64,000 bases of DNA from Botryllus schlosseri. Its lineage: Eukaryota. The stretch lies in the NCBI GenBank assembly GCA_051294905.1, contig CM119371.1, positions 20,028,001 through 20,092,000 of the forward strand, in the 5' to 3' direction. Each line of letters starts with the position of its first letter. Positions within the stretch are counted from its first letter, which is position 1. Made by a program: the position numbers and the translations under genes. Below, in pieces: positions 14,788 through 28,187 of this stretch. The notes below the pieces were generated by a model. The model saw only the letters and a program-made list of their open reading frames with translations, was not told the origin of the DNA and ran no database searches.

Positions 14788-15786
14788 TAGGGATGGTGTG
14801 AACGTGAGGTTCACGTTCGCGTTCTGTGTGTGAACCTCGGAAATTTAGAGGTTCGCGTTCACAACAGAACCTTGGTAGGTTCTGCACTGTGAACCTTTTT
14901 TTCATATATTGCAATTTTCACTTTATTATAATAAATCTTTGGTTCTAATTTATTGCATTTCGACTGCGGGCCACTCTATGCATGGCGCTGGCAGCATTAA
15001 AAATCAACACTAAACGAGCATGCACCTTGAAAATCTCAAAAGTTTTACTTGTTTTGTGACAAAAGTTTGCTCAAAATATCCAGCTTTCCGTTTGTGAATA
15101 TTTAGTGACTCTCTGCTGTGAGCTTGACCCGCAATCACGCAACATCACGAGCGAAATACGTAGTCAGCGAAGGATGCTTATTCAACCAATCAATAAGATT
15201 GATATAATTTTCTGATGTAAAAATTCGAGAAGGCGTACGGGGTCAATCTTGACTTCATATCTTTACTGCATCATCAAAACCAAATCCGTGCGATTGAGGA
15301 GTTGGCTACTGTTGTATAACTTCTTAATGAGGTAATATTGGTAGCAAGTATAGAAATCCATTTTACACTCTGCTCAATATCAATGTAACAATACTCGACA
15401 CCGAATACATTGTCCGGTCTGGCCTGGACCGTTAAGGGATAAGTGTATATTCCCTGGTAAGTCCTCGTCGAAATTGTTGGTAAAGCGACGAAAGATATTG
15501 ATTTTATGGGAGTATTATATCCTTTGATTGCCTTAGTTGATACATTTAGCGACGTTTAAAACGCCAATATGTAGGCTACTTCAGAATTGTTGCATTATGT
15601 GGTCCAAGTCGTCGCTAGGTATCGTGTACATCAATATAGGCTATCACTTCATTGTAAGATAGGTTAGGTAATAGCAATATGACGTCACGTGACGTCATGA
15701 GGTTCACGTTCGTGTTCACACAGAACCTTTTAAAAAGGTTCGCGTTCACACGAACCTGAACCTTTCAGAGGTTCACACCATCCCTA
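14788..15786. mobile_element. hAT-like MITE (GTGAAC family), copy 1
   Basis: TIR TAGGGATGGTGTGAAC / GTTCACACCATCCCTA. Perfect 8-bp TSD CCAACAAC. Confidence 0.9.
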
Positions 15787-16512
15787 CCAACAACCCGAAA
15801 GATGTCAAACCTTTGAACTAAACGATTTTAGAAACGAGCCTCAAGCTATAGTTCCCATTTCTTTTGAATATATCGAGGTGGTCATTGAAGGCGATAGTTA
15901 TTTGTTTTATGAGTATCGGTTTAAAATATATCTTTCGGGCTATAGTTGTTATATCAAGGCTTTGAAAATTCAGTAATATACCAATTCGGAAAAATAAAAA
16001 TCATGGCGTGTAACATCTGCCGTTTTTTTCCTGTATCGCTGTTGATTAGTCACGAAACTCACTAAAATGTTGTAAATCACTACTGTCAACGCACAATGTC
16101 CGTTCGGAAAGGAGCGTGATTCATGAAAACTTTCATCTGTGGAATTGAGAGTTTGTCGTGCGCAGTGCTTCAAACTATTGCATTTTCGAAACTTGTCAGA
16201 AGAACTAGAACTAACCCCCGTCATAAATCCTCAACTAACTAATTAAACAAAACTACCTAAAACCTGATAATGCGAATTATAAAATTATTAAAGGGGTACT
16301 TCGCCCTAAAACTGATGTTGTCTCAAATTTAAATTTTTCGCCGCAGCCATTTTCTTCATAAAGCCACCGTAATGGAGCTGCAATTAAATGAATTTGGTAA
16401 AACATTCAAGTCTTTTAAAGCATATTAGTCTCACACTTGAATACTTGTGCTTGAGGCGGTGAAAGAAGTCGTCGCTAACACTGAAGCAAGAGTAGAATGT
16501 AACCGCCTAGGT

Positions 16513-16697
16513 CTGGGGCGGGCAACTACTCAATATATGTAGGCCTACTTGTACACCCTAACATTTCGTGATGCATAAAATTTGTCAATACTTTCAGAAT
16601 GGAATTTGACTTTATGGGTAGAATTTGACTTGATGGGCTGGTCAAAGTCACTCCGCGGGTCGGATCCAGCTCGCCGGCCGTATGTTGCCCGTCCCTG
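16513..16697. mobile_element. Short hAT (Charlie/Buster-like) MITE
   Basis: Ends CTGGGGCGGGCAAC / GTTGCCCGTCCCTG. TSD GCCTAGGT/GCCTAGAT. Confidence 0.7.
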
Positions 16698-16751
16698 GCC
16701 TAGATTAATCCTATCATATTATCAGTATAAGTAAGTAGAAAACTAGGTATT

Positions 16752-19711
16752 CTAGCACTAGAACGAACAAGTGGCTTTTTTGACGCATTTTGATTTTTGA
16801 AGAGCTGGCATTCAGTCAAATCCTGCGCTGTTCGGCTGAAACTTCTTGACTTTTATTTACTTTATGTAGGCCATGTTAACTATGATTTTCATCACTCGTC
16901 AAGTACAAATAAAAAAGTTACGCACAGAACTACCTGGAACCGCCGAGTGGCTTTTTTTGTCGCATGACAGTGTGTTCACCGCAAGTCATCGCAGTTTCAT
17001 ATTCTTGACACTGCTTATGTAGCTGCCAAACGCAGAAACGTCGTTGGTGACAACAGAACTTTGTTAGCAACAGCATCTCTTGTCATAGAAGGCAGTGCTT
17101 CTTTCTCATCCCGAGTCTTCAAGTCCCCGTAATTTTATATTTCTGAATTTCAGCTTGTTACAGGACATGACAATTGAAATGTACCACTAGACCAAGCCGA
17201 CATCTGTATTGGTCATACTAATATATAAGGGTTGTACAAGGGTGAACGGCCTTTGCTCTAGTCTACGAAAGGGATCTTTGCAGGGGGGGCTGGATCTAGT
17301 AAATTGAATGCATATGAGTGCATGAGTGAATTATGTTTAGACAGACCCTCTCGACTAACAGGTTTATGGAAGTCATGAGCTTTCTGTTGACATAAAGACT
17401 AGAAAAAGGTGTAGACTCGATAAAGATAATTTTGTTTTGTTTATGACATGGTCAAAATTCCAGCAAATAATTGGGGTAAAATGTCAGTTGTTGCATGCTG
17501 ATGCTACCAATTATTTGTACAAGGGCGTCTCATATTTAGACAAAGATAAGACAGGACACCTCTTCTATAATCTATATATTTGGCAAGCATAGTAATGTAA
17601 AGAGTCTGATGTAACCCATCTTGAAACAGTGTTACGTGAATGCGGCTGTATACTAACGTTACCATATTTTGGATTCGGGAAAGAAGGACACTTTTTCCAA
17701 ATTTTTAAACTTAGAATGCTGGAGTTGAATCCGGAAATTTTTCCCGACTTTGTGGCTGGTTGACTGAAAACAATGTCAACTTTCCGGCTCGACTCCAAAA
17801 ATACAGTGTTTCTTTCACTCTTCACGTTTTTTGACGAAAAAAGTTTACATATTTAGCGTCATTTATGCCCATTTTTACTCGAATATATCCACTATCTTAG
17901 CTCTAAATGCTGTAAAGGAGGACGAATTCCCGATAAGGAGGATATTTACGCGTCCTCGAAGGACATTTTCAAAAATCTGAAAAAGGAGGACAAATCCTCC
18001 TACTGGAGGACGTATAGTAACCCTACTGTATGCGCTTGGTGATGAAAAAGAAGTCGCAGTTGACACTATTTTCAAAAGTTGCTTGAAACTACCTGGGCCC
18101 AGAAGGAAAACAAGCAGCTTCATGTTGCCACACTTTTCAAGACTATCGTCTCGTCGATAAGCGTAACTTAGGGATCGAAGTTGTACACATATATATTGAG
18201 TCCACTTCAACCGGAGGTAACTGTTTCCTTCAGAAACAACACAAACAAGAAACCAGTGACGGTTAAATGTTATAACGAAACGAAACCAGGGAGATATTAT
18301 TGACCAGGTTGTAAGGCAGTATTCTATAAAGGTACCAGCAAGTCGACGATGGTCCGTGCATGTTTTCTTAGAATGTGATTGATCTTCTACTTGCCAAAAG
18401 GCCGATACCATAAAAATATGCAAATCGAGGATTAGTCGCGAGATTGCATCATGCAGATCTTAGCTGATGAGCTTTGTGATATGTCAGCAAGAACCAATAA
18501 TGGTGATGTGGCTAAAGCGGATATGGAACCTACTCCAAATTTTTAAAGAACGGGCTTAAATACGAAATGCGCACCAGAACAACACCGATATGTTACAACA
18601 AAAAATGGCGATTTTTTTATAAGTGTTGCACTAAAGCAGTGGCGGGCAACTTCTCCATCCGGAGGGCCGGTTAGGGGAACATGAACATGATGCGGGCCGG
18701 ATTTTTGAATTTTTACATGAGTTTAGGGGAACTTCCCCGTGGGAGCGCGTCACAGATCCGTCTATCCCACCCTGCACTACCCTTTGTACATACAACTAAG
18801 AGACGGACATATTCCTGCAGTGGCGAACTATATCTGGATAGGGCGACTGATTCAAGGGTGGGCCCAAATCGGTGATATGAATGTGATCAAAAATTAGAGT
18901 ATACTTGGCTTCTAGTCGCGCGAAGCGCGAAAATTATTTGCATAAATGAATGAATTTCATCAATAATATTGGTGAGTGTATGAGCCAGTCGTTTCTTCGA
19001 AAATTTACAGCACGTATAATTATAATTTTAAGCATTGATCATGGCATAAGAATATGCATTCATGAGATTAGCGCAGATTATTCACTTCGTGCGGGTTGAT
19101 TCTTATTGATTACTTTGTTGAAAACTCCTGCAACCCAACGGCCTCGGGCTATTCTAAGTGTATCTATGATACTGTATTCTCATAATCAAGATACGTACGT
19201 AGAGACAAAGAAGTGCGCGAAAATTATTTAGTTTGAATCCATCGGCCGAAAATAATCCACCATTTATGGATAATACGAATATTATTGAAAAAAATATGGG
19301 TATGGCATGGCCTCATTCGACCCCTGGCTACGTCAATGCGGTGAACATCAGTTGTATTGCAACGTTGCTTTGTCTTTCTAATGTTCATGCTCGAAAATGT
19401 TACAGTCTAAATGCCTATAGACGGCGACGCGGGCCTAATCACGTAGGTCCGCAAACTGACTGCGGGCCGCAAAAAAATCCCGTCGCGGGCCGGATCCGCG
19501 GGCCTTATGTTGCTGGCTCCTGCACTAAAGTGTGTCTACAATATTGCAAGTAGCGGTGAACTCAATAAACAATGGTTTCTGATGCCGTTTGTTGAGCTTT
19601 GTGCTGATTTTTTGCTCGCTTGAATGCATTTAATCGAAAAAAAATCAACATGCGTTAAAAAGCCACTAGGTACTTCTAGGTAGTTCGAAGTTCCGGTAGT
19701 TCTAGTGCTAG
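16752..19711. mobile_element. TIR element of about 3 kb hosting nested MITEs, in lectin intron 2
   Basis: Inverted ends CTAGCACTAGAAC / GTTCTAGTGCTAG, with internal GTGGCTTTTT / AAAAAGCCAC subterminal inversions. Confidence 0.55.
18637..19522. mobile_element. hAT (Charlie/Buster-like) MITE
   Basis: CAGTGGCGGGCAAC...GTTGCTGGCTCCTG with GCGGGCC repeats. Perfect TSD CACTAAAG. Confidence 0.85.
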
Positions 19712-20362
19712 GCTTGCTTTGTCCATAAACACTCTAGCAAATAGTGCACATAACCTACTTGAGCACTCCGAAAGAGTTAAAGTACTCTTTTGCCAGCCAG
19801 TGGTATTCTTCCATCAAGATTTTACATGTTTATGCTCTGTGTTCAAGGCTTCCACGATGAGAAGAAATGATTGATACTAAATATTTGACCTTGATAATAT
19901 AACTGCTAGTGACGAAACACTTACGTTTTAGTTACTTTCTCCACACTAAAGTCGAATCAAAGTTTGAATGTATCAGGTTCAAATATAAGAGATCTCATAT
20001 GCGATTTTGAAGCCAGCTTTAAAATAATCAAACATTCGGTTCAAATACCGCGCAAATCAGCAAATCCGTCTTTTCAACCGAAATCTAAATTCCGCGTCAT
20101 TGCTGTTGCCTGCGGACTGATACGACGCATGCGGCAGCAGAACCGGGAATCCAGACACAGCAAATGATTTCTGGTGCCCGAAATTTGATAAAACAGGTAT
20201 CAAACGAAACCTACAGTCGCACTGATTTCGAAAGCTAAAATTTCAAAAACGTCAGGCCACTGCACCTACCGAAAAGTTGTTCCGAAATATCGCGTACTGA
20301 TTGTGACGCCATTCGAGTGCTCTTCATTGTGTCCGGGACTGTTATACAATCCATTATCACAG

Positions 20363-20532
20363 GACCCGTGCACCCAGTGGAAAAAGGTTGGCACCTGCAG
20401 TTATTATGTCTTCTTCGGGAGGTTGACTTGGAACCAGGCCAAAGACGCGTGCGCCGCGCGTTGTAACTCCAAACTTGCCCATGAAGCATCGGCAATCCAA
20501 GCGTTGGACGCTACTACCAAAACTACTTTCGC
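20363..20532 (+). CDS. C-type lectin-domain protein, exon 3 (N-half of CTLD: DPCTQWKKVGTCSYYVFFGRLTWNQAKDACAARCNSKLA...)
   Basis: Acceptor ttatcacAG, donor GTGAGT. Typical long-form CTLD start C-x-x-W...C-x-Y...(L)TWxxAxxxC...LA. Ends in phase 2. Confidence 0.9.
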
Positions 20533-20683
20533 GTGAGTACGCAACTCTCTCTAGGTTCACCAAGCGGCAGCGTGTATGATCGTGAAAGACTAGGCGACCA
20601 GATAATTCTAGTTGTCTGTTTATACTAAATAGAGCGAAATGTAGGTAATCATATTCTAATCCAGTGGTTTTCAACCTTTTTAG

Positions 20684-22475
20684 CTGTGGCGGCTCGTCCT
20701 ATAGGGCAACTGGGGCATTGCCCCACCTAAAATTCTGTTCAATAACAGTTCTTTACCATTTATAGACGAACAGCAATCTATATATACCGAAATCACAGCA
20801 AAAATCGTATTCTTCTTGTCCTTTCGCTTGTAAATGCCCATATATAGCGAAGTCTCTGCGAAAATCGAATTCTCTTCCGTGTTTTCGCTTTGCGAATGCC
20901 TAGCCGGGGCATGCCCCGGTAGCGCTCATAACAAGCTTTAACTGTCTATTCTCTTAAAGCCGCGCACAATAAAGAAACAGTGATTTACTCTCTCCTATTC
21001 ATAAAATTACCGAGCAACCGGGGCAACATAGCCTGGTCGCCCTTAAGGTGTGATGTAACAATCGTATCTATATCTGAACTCGGTTACCGTCATATGCGTT
21101 TAGTCGACCTTTGCTGGTATAGGTCGATTTTGATGGTGTTTCACACCATGATAATTCTTGAAACTTGGTTTGTCATGTCGTGATGGTGGTATTTAACACT
21201 GTCCCAAGTTTCAGGGTTTCTACTTAAAGTTTAGGGTAGTAATTCCGTTTCCGAAGTTGAGTGTGTGCTGATCCGTCATGTATCGCAAACATATTTTACG
21301 CAAAGCCGGTATTGGTCTCCACTGATTTTAACGATGCTCCGTACCTAGATCCGTCATGAGCTTTTGCATGGTATGTCTTGATTTTAGTATCGAAAGCTAT
21401 GCCAAGTCTCAAGGTTGGCACTCAATGATTAGGGCAGCAATTTCGTTATCAAGGTCGAGTATGGTAGAGATGTGCGCTGATCTGACACTTAGCCTACCTA
21501 ACGCATTGCGGATTTCACGCAAAAGCCGGTGTATCTGTGTTAACGCTAACTGTGTTCCATACTGAGATAGGTGATAAGATGATGATATCATGAAACAGTT
21601 TACTAACATCCTCGGTTTGCATTCAAATATTTACTTTTATTTTATATTCTCCAATGTCAATTTCACCGTGAAATTGTGGCCTTCAGGCCATTTGCTTACA
21701 ATTACAACCCCTGTCAAGCGCGATAGCTGTTTCGTTTTCGATGGCGGCTAACAGCTGATCGCTTGATCAGCCTATTCCTCAGTAAATTTTACGCGAAATT
21801 CGGTGTTGGTCTATTCGTATTAATTTTGACAGTGAACCATACCAAAAACGGCCATGAGGCTACTTCTCGGTGATTTCATGTAACAGTGTACCAAGTTTTC
21901 GACTTTCATCCACGTATTTATTCGGTAATATATTTTCCAAAGGCGATTTTGCAGCAGACATATAGACACTAGACCGTAAGCCGTATGTGTCGTGTGACAG
22001 TCTCCAGCCTCAAGGCCAAAATCTCCTATGCTGTACCGGGACCGAATTTCCGAGGCTGCTATCCGTAGTTTTTCAGAATTATGTTTTGGACTCAATATGA
22101 CATGTCCAATATATGAGATAACAATTGCGTATGTGTCCGAACTCGTTGACCTTTTCAGTTAAGCTTACGCAATCTCTCGAGTTATAGTCATTTCCATTTC
22201 TGCAGATAATTAGTCAGGTATAGTGCGAACATGAACCGTGTCGAATCTTTGTTCCGTACGCCGTTTACGCAGTTAACACACTGCAAGTCACAGCTCACCG
22301 GCAGACCTCTCGCGGCACATACGTTAAAATCACTGTTGTCGAGAAGATCGTGTTACCGTAGTCCGTACCATCAAGTTACTTGTTTACGTTGGAAAACGCC
22401 ATTGTGACGTCATCTTGATAAAAAGTCGCTTGCAGCCCTTGCCCCACCACCCGATATTGTCACGAGCCGCCACTG
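20684..22475. mobile_element. hAT element B, inserted 22 bp inside A
   Basis: CTGTGGCGGCTCGT / ACGAGCCGCCACTG. Perfect TSD CTTTTTAG. Confidence 0.85.
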
Positions 22476-24228
22476 CTTTTTAGACATGCGCCCCCCATGG
22501 GCATGGTCAAAAATATTGCGCTCCCCTGATCCCCCCTCTATAGTTATCGTCATGTCAAAAAGAGCCCATCATCTAATACAGAGGTATTAGGCAGACGTTT
22601 TGCTGATCACGGCCCATTTCGGTTACTTATGTAGCGTAAGGCCGAATTCCAGAGCATAACCGTAATGAGCTGACTGGACGCAAAATACATATGTTTATCT
22701 GTCCATATTCATTCCCGGTGAACTACGGACCATTATATCTATAGTACGCACCGAAATCACTAGTCGCAATGTTATGAATAGATGCTGGGATTGCCGAATG
22801 GAGCACGGGGCGCGAAAATTTTCAGATTCACGAATGAATTCCGTAATTAATAGTAGCAGTATCACATAATACTATCAAATATTTATCCTCTCTCAGCCCA
22901 TGTGATCAAATTCATCGGTAAGCAGCCATGGGGTGATTACTTCATGAATGTAATCGATTGCGATTACGATTACTTCTGAATGGCGCGATTACGATTACGA
23001 TTACGATTACAGCAAAATAAGGAAGTAGTCGATTACGATTACGATTACTTTTGAAAAGTAATCACGATTACTCACGATTACATTGATTTTGCATCTTAGG
23101 AGTTGTATTAGAAGACGATATACGGATTGCTCTGAAAAGGCCTAATGTAATAACAAACTCCCTTTAGAAAAGATGCGTCATTTGCTTCTTACGTTATAAT
23201 GTACCAAATGCCAATTTTTCTGGAGGGCGATTTATCGCACCCAATGATTTGCATTCTTGCCAGGTCCATGACTGCCGCACCCCAAATTTCCCAATAAAAA
23301 GTATTTCGTAAACCAACATAAATTATAGAGTATTTTCGAGAGATTCGATTACCTTGAAAATTCCCTCTAGATAAGCTTGATTTTGAAATGCATACATTTC
23401 CCCCTCAACAAAAAAAGCATACGTAATTTGTACTATAATTTATAGTAATAGGCATTTAGTCAATACCGTGCCACGACACACCAAAAGACATATGCAGTTT
23501 TGACCAACACGCGATTTCACGAAATGTTCACTTAAGAAAGACCTTGGCCGAAACTTAGGGTATGTGTCCAGTCCATTGCCAATAGCCGCGCTTGATGGGC
23601 GTGACTAATAGTACGGCCCTTCCAATCTGAGCCCACAATTCAAATGCCACCCGGGCACCCACATAGCATTAAAGACATGGCAATTTGTGTGTGCATCTCA
23701 CGAAAGTTTTTTTTTAGTCTACTACGTTAGAGATGCAACAATATCTTTTCATTATATAACAGACCTGAGGTCATGAATTAACAACATACACTAAAGTAAT
23801 TATAACAAGATACCTGGCGTTGTAATTATGAATTACGTGCCCCCAGCTCCACAGGTAACGCTGACCATCGGGGCAGAGAGAGAGGATTGAAAATTAATAA
23901 TAATATATTGCAATTACCAATATTATTGACGAAATTCCGTCTTCAACTTGAAAAGACCAACGTTTGGACTGGGGGACGAATTGATGTTTTGGTCGTGATT
24001 CTAGCTATAACCCACGCTAACATGATATATAAACCCATGGCTATGACGGCAGGTCCCAATGTTGAGTAAAGAATTGTGAAATAACGATTGGCGTCCGTTT
24101 CAAGTAGAGTCATATGAGAATAAGATGAAAAGAACATAAAATTCTGCCTTCAATTTAATACAGATAATGTACTGCAAGCTGCCGTTACGAGAAACGCCAA
24201 AACTGCTCGGTTATGATAGCCTATATAT

Positions 24229-26097
24229 CAGTGGTCGGGAACCTTTTTTGGCTGAAGAGCCATATTGGCCCTATTTTTTTCCATCTCAACTCCCAAAGAG
24301 CCATACATGCAAATCAACTGTTACGTCACAATTGAAAATTCGTGACGTAATGCTAGCACTAATTCGAACTCACTACATGGGATTCCTCGTGTGCGCCACA
24401 TTTTCTCTGTAAAAACTGGTATTTATTGTTCGAATATAAAGCTTGAAACGAGAGGTAAGGCGCAGACGGGCCAAGGCTCCACCAAGGATAACGCAATTCC
24501 CTGTATAAGTAGTTTAGAATTTATTATAACTGATATTAAGCGAATGTGACTGTCACACTGATTCCAAAAATCCAAGGGCGGAGATAATAAAGTCAGCTGA
24601 TTTGGGAGAATGCTAATCATGTGATTAAAAACTGCTAATCGGGACGCATCTCAGGCGGAGATAATAAAGTTAGCTGATCCGGAATATTGCTAATCGTGTG
24701 ATTAAATACTGCTAATTGTGACTCATCAAGTTGGAAAGGTTACCCCCGATGGTTAGTCGAGGTGTCCCGAGTTTTAAATCAAGTGGCGTTATCTGTTGCA
24801 TCATTATGCGAAAACGCGTTAAAGGCCATCAGTTGTCAATTTGTTGAATGAAACAGGAGCCTGTTGATAGCGAAACTGCCACAGTAATATGTCGAAATAT
24901 CATCATCGCAAAATGAAGGTCGTGTCCAATGCGTTCGGTACAACTAAGAAATGGATTATAGAATATTAGGTATAGCTCTGCAATGGCGGGTACATAATTA
25001 GTGAAGCTATTACCTAGGAGACCATCGGCACGGTCATTATTAGAAATATTCGTGCCTAGGAATGGTACCCAGTTTTTATAGATAACAAGTTATCTATAGT
25101 TTGTTCTGGTTTGATAAATCAAGAGATCTACACTAACTTTATGCGCTGCGATCAACCGGGTTCCTTAATCCTGGTTTGATAAATCCTGACGAACGCGATA
25201 ATCGACTTTTATGGCTAATCCAACTTTTTTATCTCCGCCCTACATGCATACCGACTTCACCATTCTCAAAGTATTCGGCGGTAACATAATGTTGCGCTAC
25301 ACGCATAAATTTTATGCTACACAGAACGTGGAGAAAACGGAACGTGGATAGCTATGGCGTTGTTTGTAATTCGAGTTTGTAATTGGGAGTGTCACATCCA
25401 CAACAGTTCATTTCGCGCCGTAGATCAGGAAGACAATGTGTATTTGAAAACTGCGTTTTGAAATGGGCGGCGCTATATCTGCTGTGCTCTTCCGAGTCAA
25501 CGTATCGCACAATTCACGATTTCGATTCGGATACACCGCCAGGAGGTTTGAGTCAGTAGTCATTTCGATGGCGTGGGTTCGGATCCCATCGATGCCACCA
25601 CGCCACGATACAGAGCCTGTACTCCCTGTTGCATCACGAAACGATGTCGCCACACGATAAACGTTTAATACAGAAGAGAAATCTTAACAGTACGAGTAAT
25701 GGTTATGTCAGGCAACTAAATAAACGGCACAATCAGAGAACTAATCCTTAGCGTGCCAATTAACAGGTGCCGAAATGCGGCTCCAGTATATTACAAACAA
25801 AACTGGCGCATGGAATTTGCGAGTGATATTCTGGCCGCTGGCGTGACAGTAATCTAAAATTGATGATTTTGAAGAGAGGGGGTCCAAGCCCCTAAACCCG
25901 AAGACGGCATTGTCTTTACCTCTCGAAGACATGCTTATACTGCCACGAGAATAGTTATTTTAGCCGTGATGAAAATTTACCAACAAGTCGCTGCGATATT
26001 GATCAATTCAGTACAAAAATAAATATTTGGCAAAGAGCCATATCTTATACCCAAAAGAGCCATATATGGCTCGCGAGCCATAGGTTCCCGACCACTG
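24229..26097. mobile_element. hAT element E, inside D
   Basis: CAGTGGTCGGGAACCT / AGGTTCCCGACCACTG. Perfect TSD CTATATAT. Confidence 0.9.
25558..25600 (+). pseudogene. 3' half of tRNA-Leu including encoded CCA
   Basis: AGTCATTTCGATGGCGTGGGTTCGGATCCCATCGATGCCACCA resembles the variable arm, T arm and acceptor 3' strand of metazoan tRNA-Leu (recalled, not aligned). No 5' half seen. Confidence 0.6.
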
Positions 26098-28187
26098 CTA
26101 TATATCAACAACTGTTTATTTTTAATGCTTCGTTGTGGAAACCGTAATGTTTGATTTGACGAGTACAAAATTTCAAATATTTGTCCGGTGTACGTACCAA
26201 TATACTACATCATACATAGGCCTACTGCTCGTCAAGCAGCAGCGGTCAAACTGCTTTTAACCATAAGCATAACCAAACATTAATACACAAGTTACTATTT
26301 TAAACTAAGCAGAGTGGTGATTAATTATCCTGCTGTGAGGTACTGGCGTGTGGAACGTGTCGATATCCTGATATACAGCACGGCGGATGCTCTTACAATC
26401 ACAGTACCGTAATGTACGTACATTGAATATCTGTTTACTGTGGATACTTCTTACGCAATGACTAGCAAAGCTAAGAGGCTACTTCTGACGTAATAATGAG
26501 CAATGGCATTTGAAAATGAGACGTTTGTGCTATCACGAACCTCGCATAGTATCTCTTCCTTGTTCACGAATGTTAGGTTTATGTCATAGTCCTTGTACAA
26601 ATAAAAAGTAATCGTTCTTTCACAAAGAAATCGATTAGATATGGAAGTAGTCGATTACGATTACGATTACTTCAGGATTTTTTCGAATGTAATCGATTGC
26701 GATTACGATTACTTGAAAATGCTGTAATCGTCGTAATCGATTACGATTACTAATCGCGATTACCCCATGTCTGTCGGTAAGGCTCATTGAGGGAGTGCTT
26801 TCGAAAATTTAGGGCAAGTTATAAATGATAATGCATCTTCGCCTGGGCCAAATGTTATTAGTCACTTTGGTACATGGTATTTTTTGACCCACGATCAGGA
26901 ATGTCGATTGTATCGGTGTATCGGTAGTGGAAATATATTAAAATCGCCCAAATGTACAATAAACAAATTTCTTTCATGAGGAGCACATGATTCCGATTCC
27001 GGCTCAGAATGAGAAGGGCGTTACTATATTAAAATCGAAAAACGAAGTAATATTGAATTACGCGGAGCGTGGAGAAAATTTCAAGATTAATTAAAATCTC
27101 TCAAAAATTTAGGAGTGAATTCGTAATTTCAATTTGCATGTCGACGGCCGCCAACACATACTAATTGAATTAGGTGTTGACGGCCGCACGAATTCCTTTC
27201 TACGGTAGCAGGTTGCCCATCCCTGATCTAATAGTATACATATGGTATGTCTTATGCCAAGTTTGAATCCGCATTCCAGTTGTTGAGTCTTTGACATTTC
27301 TGACAAATCTCCCCAAACTTGTTTGTAAATAGCAAAAAAACATTGAACAGGACATCAATTTATTTCAAGGTAGGTTGCACTGAGACTAATCCTAATGCTG
27401 GTGGTGACTACAGAGAGCACGGCGACATTCTGTACTGCCATGCTAAATTTGATCAGTTTTGGAATTGAATTAAATTGTGTTGATTTAGGGTAGCTTAATT
27501 GAGGGCGAAACAGGGCAACTTATATTGTATCTAAATCTGTCTTATTCAGTGCAGTTCGCTAACTATTAACAACAGCTACCCAGCGCACCGAGATTTAGGC
27601 TACTACCAAAGCTATGAAGTAATGAATGACTTACATGTGGGAATTGCTCCAAATTTTCAAAGAATATCCAGAATTTGCTCAAATGAAGTTGAAATCAGCC
27701 TATAATCCGTTGAGAGCCACTGCTGGAGTTAGATTTTGACGAAGTTTCTTGAATACGAAATAAGTTTCATCTTTAACAATCGTCTTCTTAGAATGAATGT
27801 GAAACAAATTTTTAGTCAGAATTCATACAGACTTGGCCCCCCTGAGAGCCTCCCCCGCCCCCAGGTTGAGAACCATTGTTCTAATCTATTATTTGAAATG
27901 TTGTTCTTCTCTCATTTTGATTCTAATCATATTCCCGGTTTTCCAAAAAATTACACCGGAAAACCTTATAGTGCGAAACAACCCAAGCTTATTGAACAGG
28001 CATGTAGGCTACCATTCCCATTTTTCGAAACTGAACTCTGATTTGCTATGAACTGACCTTGATTTTAGTAGCAGTTGTTGCTAGTGCTGAATTTAGTTCA
28101 ATTTCGTGTTTACAATTCCAATCCATTTTGAAAAAACTTACTATATTTTGGCTGTCTCGCTCTGGACATGGCAATTCTTGTTCGCAG

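Larger units (their letters stand above)
22923..26773. mobile_element. hAT element D with GATTAC subterminal repeats, inside C
   Basis: CAGCCATGGGGTGATT / GATTACCCCATGTCTG. Perfect TSD TCGGTAAG. (CGATTA)n arrays at both ends. Confidence 0.85.
22579..27225. mobile_element. hAT MITE C, inside A
   Basis: TSD ATCTAATA on both sides, right end GGTTGCCCATCCCTG. The body matches the element at 34175-34844. Confidence 0.75.
20662..27878. mobile_element. hAT MITE A, outermost element of the nest in lectin intron 3
   Basis: CAGTGGTTTTCAACC / GGTTGAGAACCATTG. Perfect TSD TTCTAATC at 20654-20661 and 27879-27886. Confidence 0.85.

Noticed and set aside
18376..18405. TTGATCTT...GCCAAAAGGCCGA resembling antisense U2 snRNA 5' end (Utopia target)
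   Set aside because: Short, gapped match more than 13 kb from the retroelement, consistent with chance.
17875..18423. 182-aa minus-strand ORF
   Set aside because: Runs across a MITE end (GAGGAC family, about 17900-18025) and has no recognisable motif.
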